Made by a program: the position numbers and the translations under genes. From Cyanophyceae cyanobacterium (GTDB lineage Bacteria; Cyanobacteriota; Cyanobacteriia; Cyanobacteriales; JBHJGN01): a DNA stretch of 64,000 nucleotides. The DNA is taken from the NCBI GenBank assembly GCA_050331735.1, contig JBHJGN010000012.1, positions 1 to 64,000 on the forward strand. Reading direction: 5' to 3'. The notes below the pieces were generated by a model. The model saw only the letters and a list, made by a program, of their open reading frames with translations. It was not told the DNA's origin and ran no database searches. Positions 1-10,565 of the stretch are shown in pieces; position 1 is the stretch's first letter, and the number at the start of each line of letters is the position of its first letter.

Positions 1-141
1 GGTTTAACTGTACCTTGCGGCAGCGAGTTTCACGGTTTGTCCGGCGCAGTTTAGCGTTCTCGAAGCCTGTGCGCAACCACATTGGCTTGCTGTGGAACTT
101 TATCCATCACTACAATGCATCATTACCTGTTTAGCACTACC
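1..141 (+). mobile_element. Right end of an IS1-family insertion sequence (truncated by window edge)
   Basis: Transposase C-terminus runs into ...TAGCACTACC, whose reverse complement GGTAGTG resembles the IS1-type terminal inverted repeat. Confidence 0.8.
3..134 (+). CDS. IS1-family transposase (InsB-like), C-terminal fragment
   Basis: Manual translation FNCTLRQRVSRFVRRSLAFSKPVRNHIGLLWNFIHHYNASLPV* resembles the C-terminus of cyanobacterial IS1 transposases. Not in the ORF track because it is 5'-truncated. Confidence 0.85.
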   Translation, partial: FNCTLRQRVSRFVRRSLAFSKPVRNHIGLLWNFIHHYNASLPV

Positions 142-318
142 CCGGAGGCGACCTCCAGGAAAGTTTGGCACCGGAACGTTGAGACAAAACCTGCCGGCAC
201 CAGTTTTTTAAACCGACCGTTTCTGTAGTCCGTACAGAAATTAGCAGAGCAATAGCGCTCCTTGAACAGTGAGGACTCATTCCCTGTTCGTTGGACCTTA
301 TTTTTTATTGCCAAAAGG

Positions 319-403
319 CGGAGAGAAGAGGATTCGAACCTCCGGTCCCGTGAAGGACTTCCGATTTCAAGTCGGACGCAATCGACCACTCTGCCATCTC
401 TCC
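319..403 (-). tRNA. trnS: tRNA-Ser(TGA)
   Basis: Reverse complement GGAGAGATGGCAGAGTGGTCGATTGCG-TCCGA-CTTGAAA-TCGGA-...-GGTTCGAATCC-TCTTCTCTCCG: anticodon TGA, long variable arm, T-loop, 85 nt, CCA not encoded. Confidence 0.97.
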
Positions 404-425
404 AAAATAGGCTCTGGGTTCAATA

Positions 426-1355
426 TTATGACTGACCCGGTACTGATTGTGCAACTAGTTCTTGCGGTTGGTAAAGAATTTCTTCTCTGGCAATCTGCCC
501 CACTTCATTAACCCACACGAGAGATACTTGTTTGATAGTGCTATTGTGCAGAGAAACTAGAGAAAAGTTGCGATACCGTTCTCCCTCAAGTTCGATAATA
601 CGAGGAACTCTAGCCGCATTTAGATAAACGGTGCCGGCTTTGTGTTGAAGCGCTTGGCGAAGCTCGGCTGAGGTATGCCGCAGTCGATGATGCATGTGAC
701 CAAACGTCACGAGGGGGACTTTTTTCCCTGTCGCCCGCACAGAGGCGATCGCTTCTGCAAAATCTGGATCGCCATAGTCTCCGCCAATCGGTTTCCAATC
801 TTTGCCACAGGCAGACTCTGGTGTATCTCCCAATCCGGTAGGACCGTTATGCCCAATAAAAATGATGGTATCGTAGGCAGTTTGACGAGCAGCGGCGACA
901 ATTTTCTCGGTTGATTCTGCAAAGCCATTAACCTGATAGCGATCGCGGTAGAATCCGCGATTTTTCCATTGAGAACCGCCCCAGCTAAACGGACGACTGC
1001 CCACCACTGATAGATTCAGGTGAGGAAAGTCTAAGCTGCCATACCCAACGTGAGCTTTTCCCAACAGCTCAAGCTGTTGCTGTACCCGATCCTCTTTGGT
1101 GCGATCGTAGGGACATTTTTTTCGTCCCCAGTCTGAGGCAGAGTACCAGGCATCGTGGTTGCCTAAGATTGCGGCTTTGGGCAGATCAAGAGCAGCAATG
1201 CTTCTCACGACATCCACCGCTTCGTTCCCAAAATCGCCAACAAACAGGACTAAATCGACCCCAAGCTGCTTCAACGCTTTGCCATCTTCTCCTTCCCACT
1301 GCTCGTGAATATCTCCAACGACCGCCATCTGAATTGGCTGTTGCTCCCTTGTCAT
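426..1355 (-). CDS. TIGR04168/DevT-like metallophosphoesterase
   Basis: Calcineurin-like motifs GDIH, GDFGNE, GNHD, GHMH; resembles cyanobacterial DevT. Confidence 0.8.
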   Translation of the reverse strand: MTREQQPIQMAVVGDIHEQWEGEDGKALKQLGVDLVLFVGDFGNEAVDVVRSIAALDLPKAAILGNHDAWYSASDWGRKKCPYDRTKEDRVQQQLELLGKAHVGYGSLDFPHLNLSVVGSRPFSWGGSQWKNRGFYRDRYQVNGFAESTEKIVAAARQTAYDTIIFIGHNGPTGLGDTPESACGKDWKPIGGDYGDPDFAEAIASVRATGKKVPLVTFGHMHHRLRHTSAELRQALQHKAGTVYLNAARVPRIIELEGERYRNFSLVSLHNSTIKQVSLVWVNEVGQIAREEILYQPQELVAQSVPGQS

Positions 1356-1688
1356 TCCTGCTCCTTAAGCCTGCTTTTTCTACAATAGTCAGCTAGAGAG
1401 AATTTTGTCTCATTCAGAAGCAATAGTTAGCATTCAGTTTGACCTCCGCTCGTTGGTTGATGATGGATACTTTCCGGGTCGCTATTCCTCGCGGCTTCAA
1501 GAATGACTAGATACGGAGTTGGGTAGAACGAGCAAGCTGGTGACTCCCCAAGCCCGAATGACGACTGCCAACTCACCAATTGTTTTAACTACACCTGGCT
1601 ACTGAGCAATTCTTTGAGGCTTAATTGTCCTCTGAACTAACACTGCGGCGCGAGCTAAAATAGAAAAAAACTAACTGAGTGAGCGCCT

Positions 1689-3389
1689 ATCGATACTGTT
1701 TACGGAAATCTTAAAGGTCTTAAATCTAGCCAGCTTAAGCAGCTCCAGCGCCTGTATCATCAGCGTTTGCCAGGCGATCGCCTGGCAACTCCAGAGTTTG
1801 CTCAACGGCTGGCAGCCATTAGTACAGAGCTACACCAGTCAGTCTGTGCCTATATCAATCGTCGCGGACAGGTCATTCGAGTGGGAGTTGGAACGCCTCG
1901 TCAAACCCAAATCCCGCCGCTGGAACTGCCGCGCTACGGTGCCGAGCGTCTCTGCGGCATTCGCTGTATCGCCACCACGCTTAAGCCGGAACCGCCGTCC
2001 GAATCTAGCCTGACCGCGATGGTGCTTCAGCGACTCGACTCTCTGGCCGTACTCACCCTGACAGGAAGTGGTTTTCAGCGGCGCGGAGGGGGAGCAACGG
2101 GCTATGTTAAACAAGTCTATCTGGCCCATCTTCTGCCCCAGCCAGAGCATCTTACCAGCAGTGACTATTGGACTGTTTCTCCGGCGCTTAGTTTAGATGC
2201 TCTAAGCAAGCAGGATTTCCTGGCTCTGGTTGAAGGACTAGAAGCCGAATTTCGCCGGGAATACATTGCCCAGCGAGTAAAAGCCGATCACGACCGGGTG
2301 ATCGCCGTCGGTTTGATGACGGATGGCATGACCCTCGAGCAGTTTAGCGATGGTGTAGCAGAACTGGTGCGGCTGATTGATACGGCGGGCGGAGAGGTCA
2401 TTGAAACCATTGAACAGAAGCGGTCTCGTCCTCATCCGCAAACCGTTGTTGGCCAGGGAAAAGTTCAGGAAATTGCCCTGCGAGTACAAACCTTGGGAGC
2501 CAGCTTAGTGGCCTTCAATCGAGACCTTTCTCCTGCCCAGGTTCGCAACATAGAAACTCAAACTGGAGTACGGGTGGTAGATCGCACAGAGGTTATTTTA
2601 GATATTTTTGCCCAGCGCGCCCAGTCCCGTGCTGGAAAGCTCCAGGTGGAGCTAGCTCAGCTCGAGTATATGCTGCCTCGGCTAACTGGTCGAGGACAGG
2701 CTATGTCGCGCTTGGGCGGCGGTATCGGGACGCGAGGTCCGGGAGAAACTAAGCTAGAAACCGAGCGTCGGGCAATCGCCCGACGGATTGCGCGACTTCA
2801 GCAGGAAGTCAATCAGCTTCAGGCTCATCGTTCCCGCATGCGCCAGCAGCGGCAAAAACAAGATGTTCCTACGATTGCCATTGTTGGGTATACCAATGCT
2901 GGTAAATCAACACTCATCAATACACTGACAGATGCCGAGGTCTACACGGCAGATCAGCTATTTGCCACCCTCGATCCAACGACAAGGCGATTAACGGTTG
3001 CTGAGCCGTTAGGTCAAGAGAGGCTTACTGTCTTGCTTACCGACACCGTTGGCTTTATTCACGAACTGCCTCCTCCTTTGGTTGATGCCTTTCGAGCTAC
3101 CCTAGAGGAAGTCACGGAAGCGGATGCGCTTCTCCACGTGGTCGATCTCTCTCATCCGGCCTGGTACAACCATATTCTTTCGGTGGAAAGCATTCTAGCA
3201 GAGATGCCCATTACCCCCGGTCCTGCCCTCATCGCCTTCAATAAAATAGATGCTGTTAATAGCGATACCCTCGCTCAGGCAAAACGAGAGTACCCGCAAG
3301 CACTCTTTATTTCGGCTAGTCAGCGGCTTGGACTAGAAACCCTTCGGCAAAGTCTGGCTCAGTTGGTTCGTACGGCGGTCCTGATTTGA
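1689..3389 (+). CDS. hflX: GTPase HflX (cyanobacterial long form); start probably ATC at 1689
   Basis: GYTNAGKS, DQLFATLD, DTVG, NKID and GPGETKLE motifs. The N-terminus IDTVYGNLKGLKSSQLKQLQRLY lies in frame upstream of the track start at 1767. Confidence 0.92.
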   Translation: MDTVYGNLKGLKSSQLKQLQRLYHQRLPGDRLATPEFAQRLAAISTELHQSVCAYINRRGQVIRVGVGTPRQTQIPPLELPRYGAERLCGIRCIATTLKPEPPSESSLTAMVLQRLDSLAVLTLTGSGFQRRGGGATGYVKQVYLAHLLPQPEHLTSSDYWTVSPALSLDALSKQDFLALVEGLEAEFRREYIAQRVKADHDRVIAVGLMTDGMTLEQFSDGVAELVRLIDTAGGEVIETIEQKRSRPHPQTVVGQGKVQEIALRVQTLGASLVAFNRDLSPAQVRNIETQTGVRVVDRTEVILDIFAQRAQSRAGKLQVELAQLEYMLPRLTGRGQAMSRLGGGIGTRGPGETKLETERRAIARRIARLQQEVNQLQAHRSRMRQQRQKQDVPTIAIVGYTNAGKSTLINTLTDAEVYTADQLFATLDPTTRRLTVAEPLGQERLTVLLTDTVGFIHELPPPLVDAFRATLEEVTEADALLHVVDLSHPAWYNHILSVESILAEMPITPGPALIAFNKIDAVNSDTLAQAKREYPQALFISASQRLGLETLRQSLAQLVRTAVLI

Positions 3390-3391
3390 GC

Positions 3392-4189
3392 TTACCAATA
3401 GCGCTGCGCGAGTTGAGCAACCGCTGCCGCCCATCCCTGAGAACCGGGTGCCGGGGCTATTGGTAAGCCTCTTTGAACGAGTTCTGGATGCGGACCATCT
3501 CGTCCGGGAACAATGAAGGCAATATCCACCGCTGCCAACATCTCTTCGTCGTTGGGACTGTTTCCTAAACCGACCGTCACAAGCTGGGCATTAACTGAAC
3601 GGTACTGCTGCACGAGCCAGCAAACCGCTCGCCCTTTGCCGGTATCTTTGGCAATGAGATGGGAAAAGCGATCGCCTACTAAAACTCGTAACCCCTGCTG
3701 CTCAGCCGCTTGTTCTAGCTGTTTTGACGGAACGCTATCGGGAGTCACAAACGGCTCAGAAAACTCGCGAGCTTTGGCTCGTTTTGCTTCTTCAATGGTG
3801 AGTCCAGTAAGCTGCTTGAGCGCCTCTGGGTCCAAATCTCCAAAACCGCGCAGCGTAACAGCTAGCTCAGACGCGATTGCCTGTAAACCGGCTCTCGCCT
3901 GGGTATAGGTACAGCCTAGTCGATGGCACTTGAGCGGCCCAGTCACTGAGCCAAACCGTTGGCTGCTGGCGCTGATGAAGATACCGCTTCCGTTCTCCAC
4001 GATAAAAGGGTCCGTTAGCTGCAGTTGCTGACGCAGCACTTCTACTTCTAGTCGAGTTTTACTGGTAACGGGAATGACGGGAATTTGCCGCTCTTTGAGC
4101 TTTGCCAAAACAGGAAGGACTGGGCGATAGTCGTAATCGTCTTGATTGAGTAACGTCCCGTCTAAATCGGTAAAAATGATCAGTGCCAT
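3392..4189 (-). CDS. HAD-IIB mannosyl/glucosyl-3-phosphoglycerate phosphatase family (MpgP/GpgP-like)
   Basis: TDLDGTLL, TSKT, ENG, REFSEP and GNSPND motifs. Confidence 0.85.
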   Translation of the reverse strand: MALIIFTDLDGTLLNQDDYDYRPVLPVLAKLKERQIPVIPVTSKTRLEVEVLRQQLQLTDPFIVENGSGIFISASSQRFGSVTGPLKCHRLGCTYTQARAGLQAIASELAVTLRGFGDLDPEALKQLTGLTIEEAKRAKAREFSEPFVTPDSVPSKQLEQAAEQQGLRVLVGDRFSHLIAKDTGKGRAVCWLVQQYRSVNAQLVTVGLGNSPNDEEMLAAVDIAFIVPGRDGPHPELVQRGLPIAPAPGSQGWAAAVAQLAQRYW

Positions 4190-4254
4190 GCCCAAAGAGT
4201 AGAAAACGTCTCGTCGCGGACTGTCGATTCAGCGACGCTCAACACCAGTCAATT

Positions 4255-5565
4255 TTACTCCTCGTCCTGACTTCCCTGCGTCCTAAACCTTACCGAGTCA
4301 GCGTGGGAAGGCAGTCCTTCGGCTCCGGCCAGAATCTGGATGGCACTCGAGACTTTTTTCAAGGCGGCGGGCGAATACTGCACGATGCTGGAGTACTTCA
4401 TGAAGGTTTCGACTCCCAACGCCGAAGCGTAGCGCGCCGCGCCCGATGTTGGCAGGGTATGGTTCGGTCCAGCTAGATAGTCCCCAACCGCTTCGGGAGT
4501 CGAAGGTCCAAGAAAAATTGCTCCGGCGTGGCGAATTTGCTCGAGCAGCTCCCAGGGTTCGTTAATTTCCAGCTCTAAATGCTCAGGAGCAAATAGATTG
4601 GAAAGTTCTGCCGCTGTTGAGAGCGAATCAACCACGACAATCAACCCGTAATGAGCGATCGCTTTTTCGGTTAGCAGTCGCCGGGGATGATGTTCGAGCT
4701 GTTGCTGTACCGAGCGCTGCACCTGCTGGGCGAGTTCTGCGTCTGTGGTAATTAAAATGGCGGCGGCCATCGGGTCGTGTTCTGCCTGGGCTAGCAGGTC
4801 GGCAGCCACATGAGTCGGATTAGCGGAATGGTCAGCAATCACTAATACTTCCGACGGACCTGCTAACGAATCAATCCCTACCGTTCCATACACCATCTTC
4901 TTGGCCAACGTCACGTAGATATTGCCCGGTCCGGTAATGACGTCTACTTTAGGCAGCGTTTTGGTTCCGTAGGCGAGGGCGGCGATTGCCTGCGCTCCCC
5001 CAACGCGATAAATTTCTTCGATTCCGGCTTCCTGAGCAGCAACAAGGACGGCTGGAGCTATTTTGCCTTCCTCTCCTGGTGGAGTAACCATGACAATCCG
5101 AGGAACCTGAGCGACTTTCGCGGGAATCGCGTTCATCAGCACTGTACTCGCGTAGGCGGCCCGTCCTCCCGGTATATAAAGTCCGGCGCGATCTACAGGA
5201 GTATAGCGTTTGCCTAAAACAACATCGTGGTCTTCAAACTGCACCCAAGAAGACGGAACGCGCTGCCGATGAAACGCTTCGACCTGTCGGCAAGCTAACT
5301 GAATTGCCTCCAGCAGCTCTGGAGAAATCTGCTGATAAGCCGTATCTAATTCTGAACCGCTCACTCTCAACTGTTGAGGAGCAAGGGTTTGCCGATCGAA
5401 CTTCTCGGTATAGCCTAGCAGGGCTTGATCTCCTTTGAGCTTGACCGTCTCTAAAATTTCTTTAACCGTTGCTTCTTTTCCCTGAATCTGAGCGTCTAGC
5501 TGACGTTCGCTAATTCGCCGCAGTTCAAGTTCTGCTTCGGTCTGTTGAGTAATAATTCGCAGCAT
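4255..5565 (-). CDS. hisD: Histidinol dehydrogenase
   Basis: [35 protein letters not shown]. Start placed at MLRIITQ. Confidence 0.95.
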   Translation of the reverse strand: MLRIITQQTEAELELRRISERQLDAQIQGKEATVKEILETVKLKGDQALLGYTEKFDRQTLAPQQLRVSGSELDTAYQQISPELLEAIQLACRQVEAFHRQRVPSSWVQFEDHDVVLGKRYTPVDRAGLYIPGGRAAYASTVLMNAIPAKVAQVPRIVMVTPPGEEGKIAPAVLVAAQEAGIEEIYRVGGAQAIAALAYGTKTLPKVDVITGPGNIYVTLAKKMVYGTVGIDSLAGPSEVLVIADHSANPTHVAADLLAQAEHDPMAAAILITTDAELAQQVQRSVQQQLEHHPRRLLTEKAIAHYGLIVVVDSLSTAAELSNLFAPEHLELEINEPWELLEQIRHAGAIFLGPSTPEAVGDYLAGPNHTLPTSGAARYASALGVETFMKYSSIVQYSPAALKKVSSAIQILAGAEGLPSHADSVRFRTQGSQDEE

Positions 5566-5857
5566 AGAGTCAGATTGCCTATCATGGCTACTACTCGTCA
5601 GTAAAACTTTAGGCACAACACCGTCGCAAGCTGACGATGAAGCCCAAACTCACTCCTTTAGCTTAACTTGGTTTTCCCGGGTTGTCCGGTGAGGGTTACA
5701 GAATCTATGCGATGTGATATAGAATAAACTGTAGGGAGCCAACGTTGATTCGAGATTAATTCACTCTATACTAGGCTAGCGTTCTCTGAACAGTCTGCTG
5801 ATCTGGACCGGCTTTGATAAGGTGTCCAGTGCAAAAGCCGCTCAAGCGCGAAAAAGT

Positions 5858-5866
5858 TGTTATAAT
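5858..5866 (+). promoter_or_regulatory. Extended -10 promoter for rpsT
   Basis: TGTTATAAT (TGn + TATAAT) about 40 bp upstream of the rpsT start. Confidence 0.6.
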
Positions 5867-5907
5867 ATTTCTTCTGTATCCTTATTCAATTTCTGTAATC
5901 CTGAGCT

Positions 5908-6237
5908 GTGGCGAATACGAAGTCTGCAATTAAGCGTATAAAAACGGCGGAGCGCAATCGCTTGCGCAACAAAGCCTACAAATCGGCTGTCAAAACTCTG
6001 ATGAAAAATTACTTTAGCGCTGTAGGCGAATACGCTAGCGCTCCCAGTCCTGAAAATCTGGAGACTGTCCAAACAGCGATGTCAAAGGCCTACAGCAAAA
6101 TCGATAAAGCCGTTAAGCGTCGCGTTTTACATCCTAACAACGGCAGCCGCAAAAAAGCTCGCCTAGCAAAGGCGCTAAAGCAGGTGGAATCTGCTTCTGA
6201 GTTTTCGGCAGCCGCGGAACCAGCTGCTTCGCTGTAG
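5908..6237 (+). CDS. rpsT: 30S ribosomal protein S20
   Basis: [22 protein letters not shown]...SKIDKAVK...[12 protein letters not shown]. Confidence 0.97.
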   Translation: MANTKSAIKRIKTAERNRLRNKAYKSAVKTLMKNYFSAVGEYASAPSPENLETVQTAMSKAYSKIDKAVKRRVLHPNNGSRKKARLAKALKQVESASEFSAAAEPAASL

Positions 6238-6300
6238 GACAGGTCGGCTGTTGCGAATCAATTTTTAAATGCAGATAAGGACGGCAGTACAGAGCAGTTC

Positions 6301-7074
6301 ATGCAGTTAGTAGATACCCACGTACACATCAACTTCGATGTCTTTCAAGGGGATTTAGCACGGCTCGAACACCGATGGCAAGAGGCAGGGGTCGCTTATT
6401 TAATTCATTCCTGCGTTGAACCATCAGAGTTTGAGGGCATTCAGGCTTTAGCAAACCGATTCAGGGAACTCTTTTTTGCCATTGGTCTCCATCCTCTCGA
6501 TGCGCGAAAATGGAACGAGCAAATGGGCCAGAAAGTAAGAGAGCTGGCCTGTTGTGATTCTCGAATCGTTGCCATCGGCGAGACGGGACTAGACTTTTAC
6601 AAAGACCAAAATAAGCAAGAACAGCTCATGGCCCTAGAAGCGCAGCTAGAGCTGGCTAGCCAGCTCGATAAGCCAGTAATTATTCATTGCCGAGAGGCTG
6701 CTGTCTGCTTGCGAGAAGTGCTAAAGACACGAACCGCTAGAGGGGTTATGCACTGCTGGAGCGGGACGCCGGCAGAAACAAAGTGGTTCTTGGATTTAGG
6801 CTTTTATATTAGCTTTAGTGGGATTGTGACGTTCAAAAATGCCCAATCTGTTCAAGCCTCAGCTCAAATTGTTCCCAGTGATCGCCTGCTGATCGAAACA
6901 GACTGTCCGTATCTAGCGCCTGTGCCCAGGCGAGGCAAAAGGAACGAACCAGCCTACGTTCGTCATGTCGCCGAATTTTTGTCTCAACTGCGCCAAGTTC
7001 CTCTTGAAACCCTAGCGAGTCAGACCACTCAGAATGCCTGCCAATTATTTTCATTGCCAAGACTAGCTGAGTGA
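6301..7074 (+). CDS. tatD: TatD family hydrolase
   Basis: [34 protein letters not shown]; usual rpsT-tatD-rpoB synteny. Confidence 0.92.
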   Translation: MQLVDTHVHINFDVFQGDLARLEHRWQEAGVAYLIHSCVEPSEFEGIQALANRFRELFFAIGLHPLDARKWNEQMGQKVRELACCDSRIVAIGETGLDFYKDQNKQEQLMALEAQLELASQLDKPVIIHCREAAVCLREVLKTRTARGVMHCWSGTPAETKWFLDLGFYISFSGIVTFKNAQSVQASAQIVPSDRLLIETDCPYLAPVPRRGKRNEPAYVRHVAEFLSQLRQVPLETLASQTTQNACQLFSLPRLAE

Positions 7075-7187
7075 GTCCTGCTGGCTGCCCGCTGCCGAGC
7101 AGTCGGATTGACTCCGAGAATCTCGATTGGGTCTCGGCTGAAGCCTTCTCTTCCTTCCGGCATTGTCAACCTAATAACGGCAACCCC

Positions 7188-10100
7188 ATGAACAATATTG
7201 TCAACAACCTGCTGCCCGATCTCATTGAAATTCAACACGCTAGCTTTCGCTGGTTTTTGGAAGCAGGACTCATTGAAGAATTAAATAGTTTTTCTCCGAT
7301 CACCGACTATACCGGTAAATTAGAACTGCACTTTATCGGTCAAGACTACCGGCTCAAAGAACCCAAGTACGATATAGAAGAAGCGAAGCGGCGGGATAGT
7401 ACCTATGCCGTCCAAATGTATGTTCCGACTCGCCTGATCAACAAAGAAACCGGGGAAATCAAAGAGCAAGAAGTTTTCATTGGCGATTTGCCGTTAATGT
7501 CGGATCGGGGCACTTTTATTATTAACGGGGCAGAGCGCGTGATTGTCAACCAGATCGTGCGCTCTCCTGGAGTTTATTACAAAGCTGAAACCGATAAAAA
7601 CGGTCGTCGCACCTATTCCGCCTCTTTGATTCCGAATCGGGGTGCTTGGCTTAAGTTTGAAACCGACAAAAATGATCTTGTGTGGGTGCGCATTGATAAA
7701 ACCCGCAAATTGAGTGCTCAGGTTCTGCTCAAGGCGATTGGACTAAGCGACAACGAAATTTTTGATGCCCTGCGTCATCCCGATTACTTTCAAAAGACCT
7801 TGGAAAAAGAAGGAAATCCTAGCGAAGAAGAAGCGCTTCTGGAGCTGTACCGCAAGCTGCGTCCCGGGGAACCACCCACGGTTAGTGGCGGAACTCAGCT
7901 ATTAGAATCCAGATTTTTCGACAGCAAGCGCTATGATTTGGGTCGCGTCGGTCGCTATAAGCTGAACAAGAAACTGCGACTAAGCATCGCCGATACCACG
8001 CGCGTGCTCACCCCTCCTGACCTGCTCGCCGCTATTGACTACCTGATTAACTTAGAATTTGATATCGGCAGCACGGACGACATCGACCACCTCGGCAATC
8101 GTCGGGTTCGGTCGGTTGGAGAACTGTTGCAAAACCAGGTGAGAGTGGGCCTCAATCGCCTGGAGCGAATTATTCGCGAGCGGATGACCGTGAGTGAATC
8201 AGATACCTTAACTCCCGCCTCTCTCGTGAATCCAAAGCCTTTGGTGGCAGCAATTAAAGAATTCTTTGGCTCTTCGCAGCTCTCCCAGTTTATGGACCAA
8301 ACTAATCCCCTCGCAGAGCTGACCCACAAACGCCGTCTGTCAGCGCTGGGCCCCGGAGGATTGACCCGAGAGCGCGCCGGATTTGCCGTTCGGGATATTC
8401 ATCCTTCTCACTATGGTCGTATCTGCCCAGTGGAGACCCCGGAAGGTCCGAATGCTGGACTGATTGGTTCATTGGCTACGTACGCTCGCGTGAACCAGTA
8501 CGGTTTTATTGAGACTCCCTATCACCGAGTAGAAGCTGGACGGGTGCTGTTCGGTGAACCGCCGGTTTATTTAACGGCTGACGAAGAAGACGATCTTCAG
8601 GTCGCTCCCGGAGATGTAGCTACCGATGAAGATGGCACCATTATCGGCGATACGGTTCCGGTACGCTATCGTCAGGAGTTCTCCACCACCACTCCTGAGC
8701 AGGTAGACTACGTAGCCATCTCTCCTGTACAGATTGTTTCAGTCGCGACCTCGCTGATTCCGTTCCTGGAGCATGACGATGCTAACCGGGCTTTGATGGG
8801 ATCGAACATGCAGCGGCAAGCTGTGCCGCTACTGCGTCCCGAACGTCCATTGGTCGGAACTGGGTTAGAAGCTCAGGCCGCTCGGGACAGCGGCATGGTG
8901 GTCGTCTCCCGCACCCATGGGATTGTCAGCTACGTCGATGCTAAGACAGTGCGGGTTCGCGTAACCAACGAATCTGGGGAGGATTTAGACCAGGAGTTGG
9001 AGTATCGGATTCAGAAATACCAGCGCTCTAACCAAGATACCTGTCTCAATCAGCGCCCTCTGGTCGACATTGGGGAAGATGTCGTTCCGGGTCAGGTGCT
9101 GGCAGACGGCTCGGCCACTGAAGGAGGAGAAATTGCTCTCGGGCAGAATGTTCTGGTCGCCTATATGCCCTGGGAAGGCTACAACTACGAAGATGCCATT
9201 TTGATTAGCGAACGTCTTGTGTATGACGATGTTTATACCAGCATTCACATCGAAAAGTTCGAGATTGAAGCTCGCCAGACTAAACTGGGCCCCGAAGAAA
9301 TCACCCGAGAAATCCCGAACGTAGGCGAAGATGCGCTCAGGCAGCTCGATGAGCAAGGAATTATTCGCCTTGGTGCTTGGGTAGAAGCGGGAGACATTTT
9401 GGTCGGGAAAGTGACCCCCAAAGGAGAATCGGATCAGCCTCCAGAAGAGAAGCTCCTGCGGGCTATTTTTGGAGAAAAGGCGCGGGATGTACGAGACAAC
9501 TCGCTGCGAGTTCCTAATGGTGAAAAAGGGCGAGTGGTAGATGTTCGGGTTTTTACTCGCGAAGAGGGCGACGAACTGCCTCCCGGAGCCAATATGGTCG
9601 TGCGAGTCTACGTAGCTCAGAAACGCAAAATTCAGGTGGGCGACAAAATGGCCGGACGCCACGGTAATAAAGGAATTATTTCCCGGATTCTGCCTATTGA
9701 GGACATGCCCTATTTACCGGACGGAACGCCCGTCGATGTAGTGCTCAATCCCCTTGGAGTACCGAGCCGGATGAATGTCGGACAGGTATTTGAATGTCTG
9801 CTAGGCTGGGCCGGAGAGAACCTGGGTTCACGGTTTAAGATTACTCCCTTTGATGAGATGTACGGGGATGAAGCGTCTCGAAATACCGTTCACAGCAAGA
9901 TTCAAGAAGCCACGCGCAGACCCGGAAAACAGTGGGTTTTCGATGAGAATAACCCAGGGAAAATTCAGGTTTTCGATGGTCGGACCGGCGACCCCTTCGA
10001 TCGTCCCGTTACCGTCGGGAAAGCCTATATGCTTAAGCTCGTTCACTTAGTAGATGACAAGATTCACGCTCGTTCCACAGGCCCCTATTCCCTGGTTACT

Positions 10101-10490
10101 CAGCAGCCTTTGGGAGGAAAAGCTCAGCAGGGAGGACAGCGTTTTGGGGAAATGGAAGTCTGGGCATTGGAAGCTTACGGAGCCGCTTATACCCTACAAG
10201 AACTGCTGACGGTAAAATCTGACGACATGCAGGGACGCAACGAAGCGCTAAACGCCATTGTGAAAGGGAAACCGATTCCGCGACCCGGAACTCCAGAATC
10301 GTTCAAGGTACTGATGCGCGAGCTACAGTCTTTAGGACTGGATATTGCGGTTCACAAGGTAGAGACCGAAGAAGACGGAACCAGCCGCGATGTTGAAGTG
10401 GATTTGATGGCAGATACCTCTCGCCGGACTCCGAGCCGTCCAACTTACGAATCAATTTCCCAAGAAGAACTGCAAGAGGAAGAAACCTAA
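7188..10490 (+). CDS. rpoB: RNA polymerase beta subunit
   Basis: [42 protein letters not shown]. Start placed at ATG 7188. Confidence 0.99.
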   Translation: MNNIVNNLLPDLIEIQHASFRWFLEAGLIEELNSFSPITDYTGKLELHFIGQDYRLKEPKYDIEEAKRRDSTYAVQMYVPTRLINKETGEIKEQEVFIGDLPLMSDRGTFIINGAERVIVNQIVRSPGVYYKAETDKNGRRTYSASLIPNRGAWLKFETDKNDLVWVRIDKTRKLSAQVLLKAIGLSDNEIFDALRHPDYFQKTLEKEGNPSEEEALLELYRKLRPGEPPTVSGGTQLLESRFFDSKRYDLGRVGRYKLNKKLRLSIADTTRVLTPPDLLAAIDYLINLEFDIGSTDDIDHLGNRRVRSVGELLQNQVRVGLNRLERIIRERMTVSESDTLTPASLVNPKPLVAAIKEFFGSSQLSQFMDQTNPLAELTHKRRLSALGPGGLTRERAGFAVRDIHPSHYGRICPVETPEGPNAGLIGSLATYARVNQYGFIETPYHRVEAGRVLFGEPPVYLTADEEDDLQVAPGDVATDEDGTIIGDTVPVRYRQEFSTTTPEQVDYVAISPVQIVSVATSLIPFLEHDDANRALMGSNMQRQAVPLLRPERPLVGTGLEAQAARDSGMVVVSRTHGIVSYVDAKTVRVRVTNESGEDLDQELEYRIQKYQRSNQDTCLNQRPLVDIGEDVVPGQVLADGSATEGGEIALGQNVLVAYMPWEGYNYEDAILISERLVYDDVYTSIHIEKFEIEARQTKLGPEEITREIPNVGEDALRQLDEQGIIRLGAWVEAGDILVGKVTPKGESDQPPEEKLLRAIFGEKARDVRDNSLRVPNGEKGRVVDVRVFTREEGDELPPGANMVVRVYVAQKRKIQVGDKMAGRHGNKGIISRILPIEDMPYLPDGTPVDVVLNPLGVPSRMNVGQVFECLLGWAGENLGSRFKITPFDEMYGDEASRNTVHSKIQEATRRPGKQWVFDENNPGKIQVFDGRTGDPFDRPVTVGKAYMLKLVHLVDDKIHARSTGPYSLVTQQPLGGKAQQGGQRFGEMEVWALEAYGAAYTLQELLTVKSDDMQGRNEALNAIVKGKPIPRPGTPESFKVLMRELQSLGLDIAVHKVETEEDGTSRDVEVDLMADTSRRTPSRPTYESISQEELQEEET

Positions 10491-10497
10491 AGGAGCC

Positions 10498-10517
10498 GAG
10501 GAGGGGCGTCCTTCCTC
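10498..10517 (+). other. Stem-loop in the rpoB-rpoC2 spacer
   Basis: GAGGAGGG-gcgt-CCTTCCTC, 8-bp stem with one G-U pair. Confidence 0.45.
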
Positions 10518-10565
10518 TTCGTCTTGTCCGTCGATTACACACTGTCAGTCATCGTTTTACTACCA

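Noticed and set aside
123..511. ORFs 123..389(-) and 269..511(+)
   Set aside because: Both overlap the tRNA-Ser gene and are shadow frames.
1400..1680. Short ORFs in the DevT-like/hflX divergent spacer
   Set aside because: No RBS or recognisable protein features.
7071..7187. 39-aa N-terminal extension of RpoB in the ORF track
   Set aside because: Not RpoB-like; ATG 7188 fits. Track extensions of hisD, rpoC2, ctaE, the TPR protein and SIMPL were trimmed for the same reason.
8985..9662. 225-aa antisense ORF in rpoB and similar antisense ORFs in other core genes
   Set aside because: Expected codon-bias shadows with no motifs.
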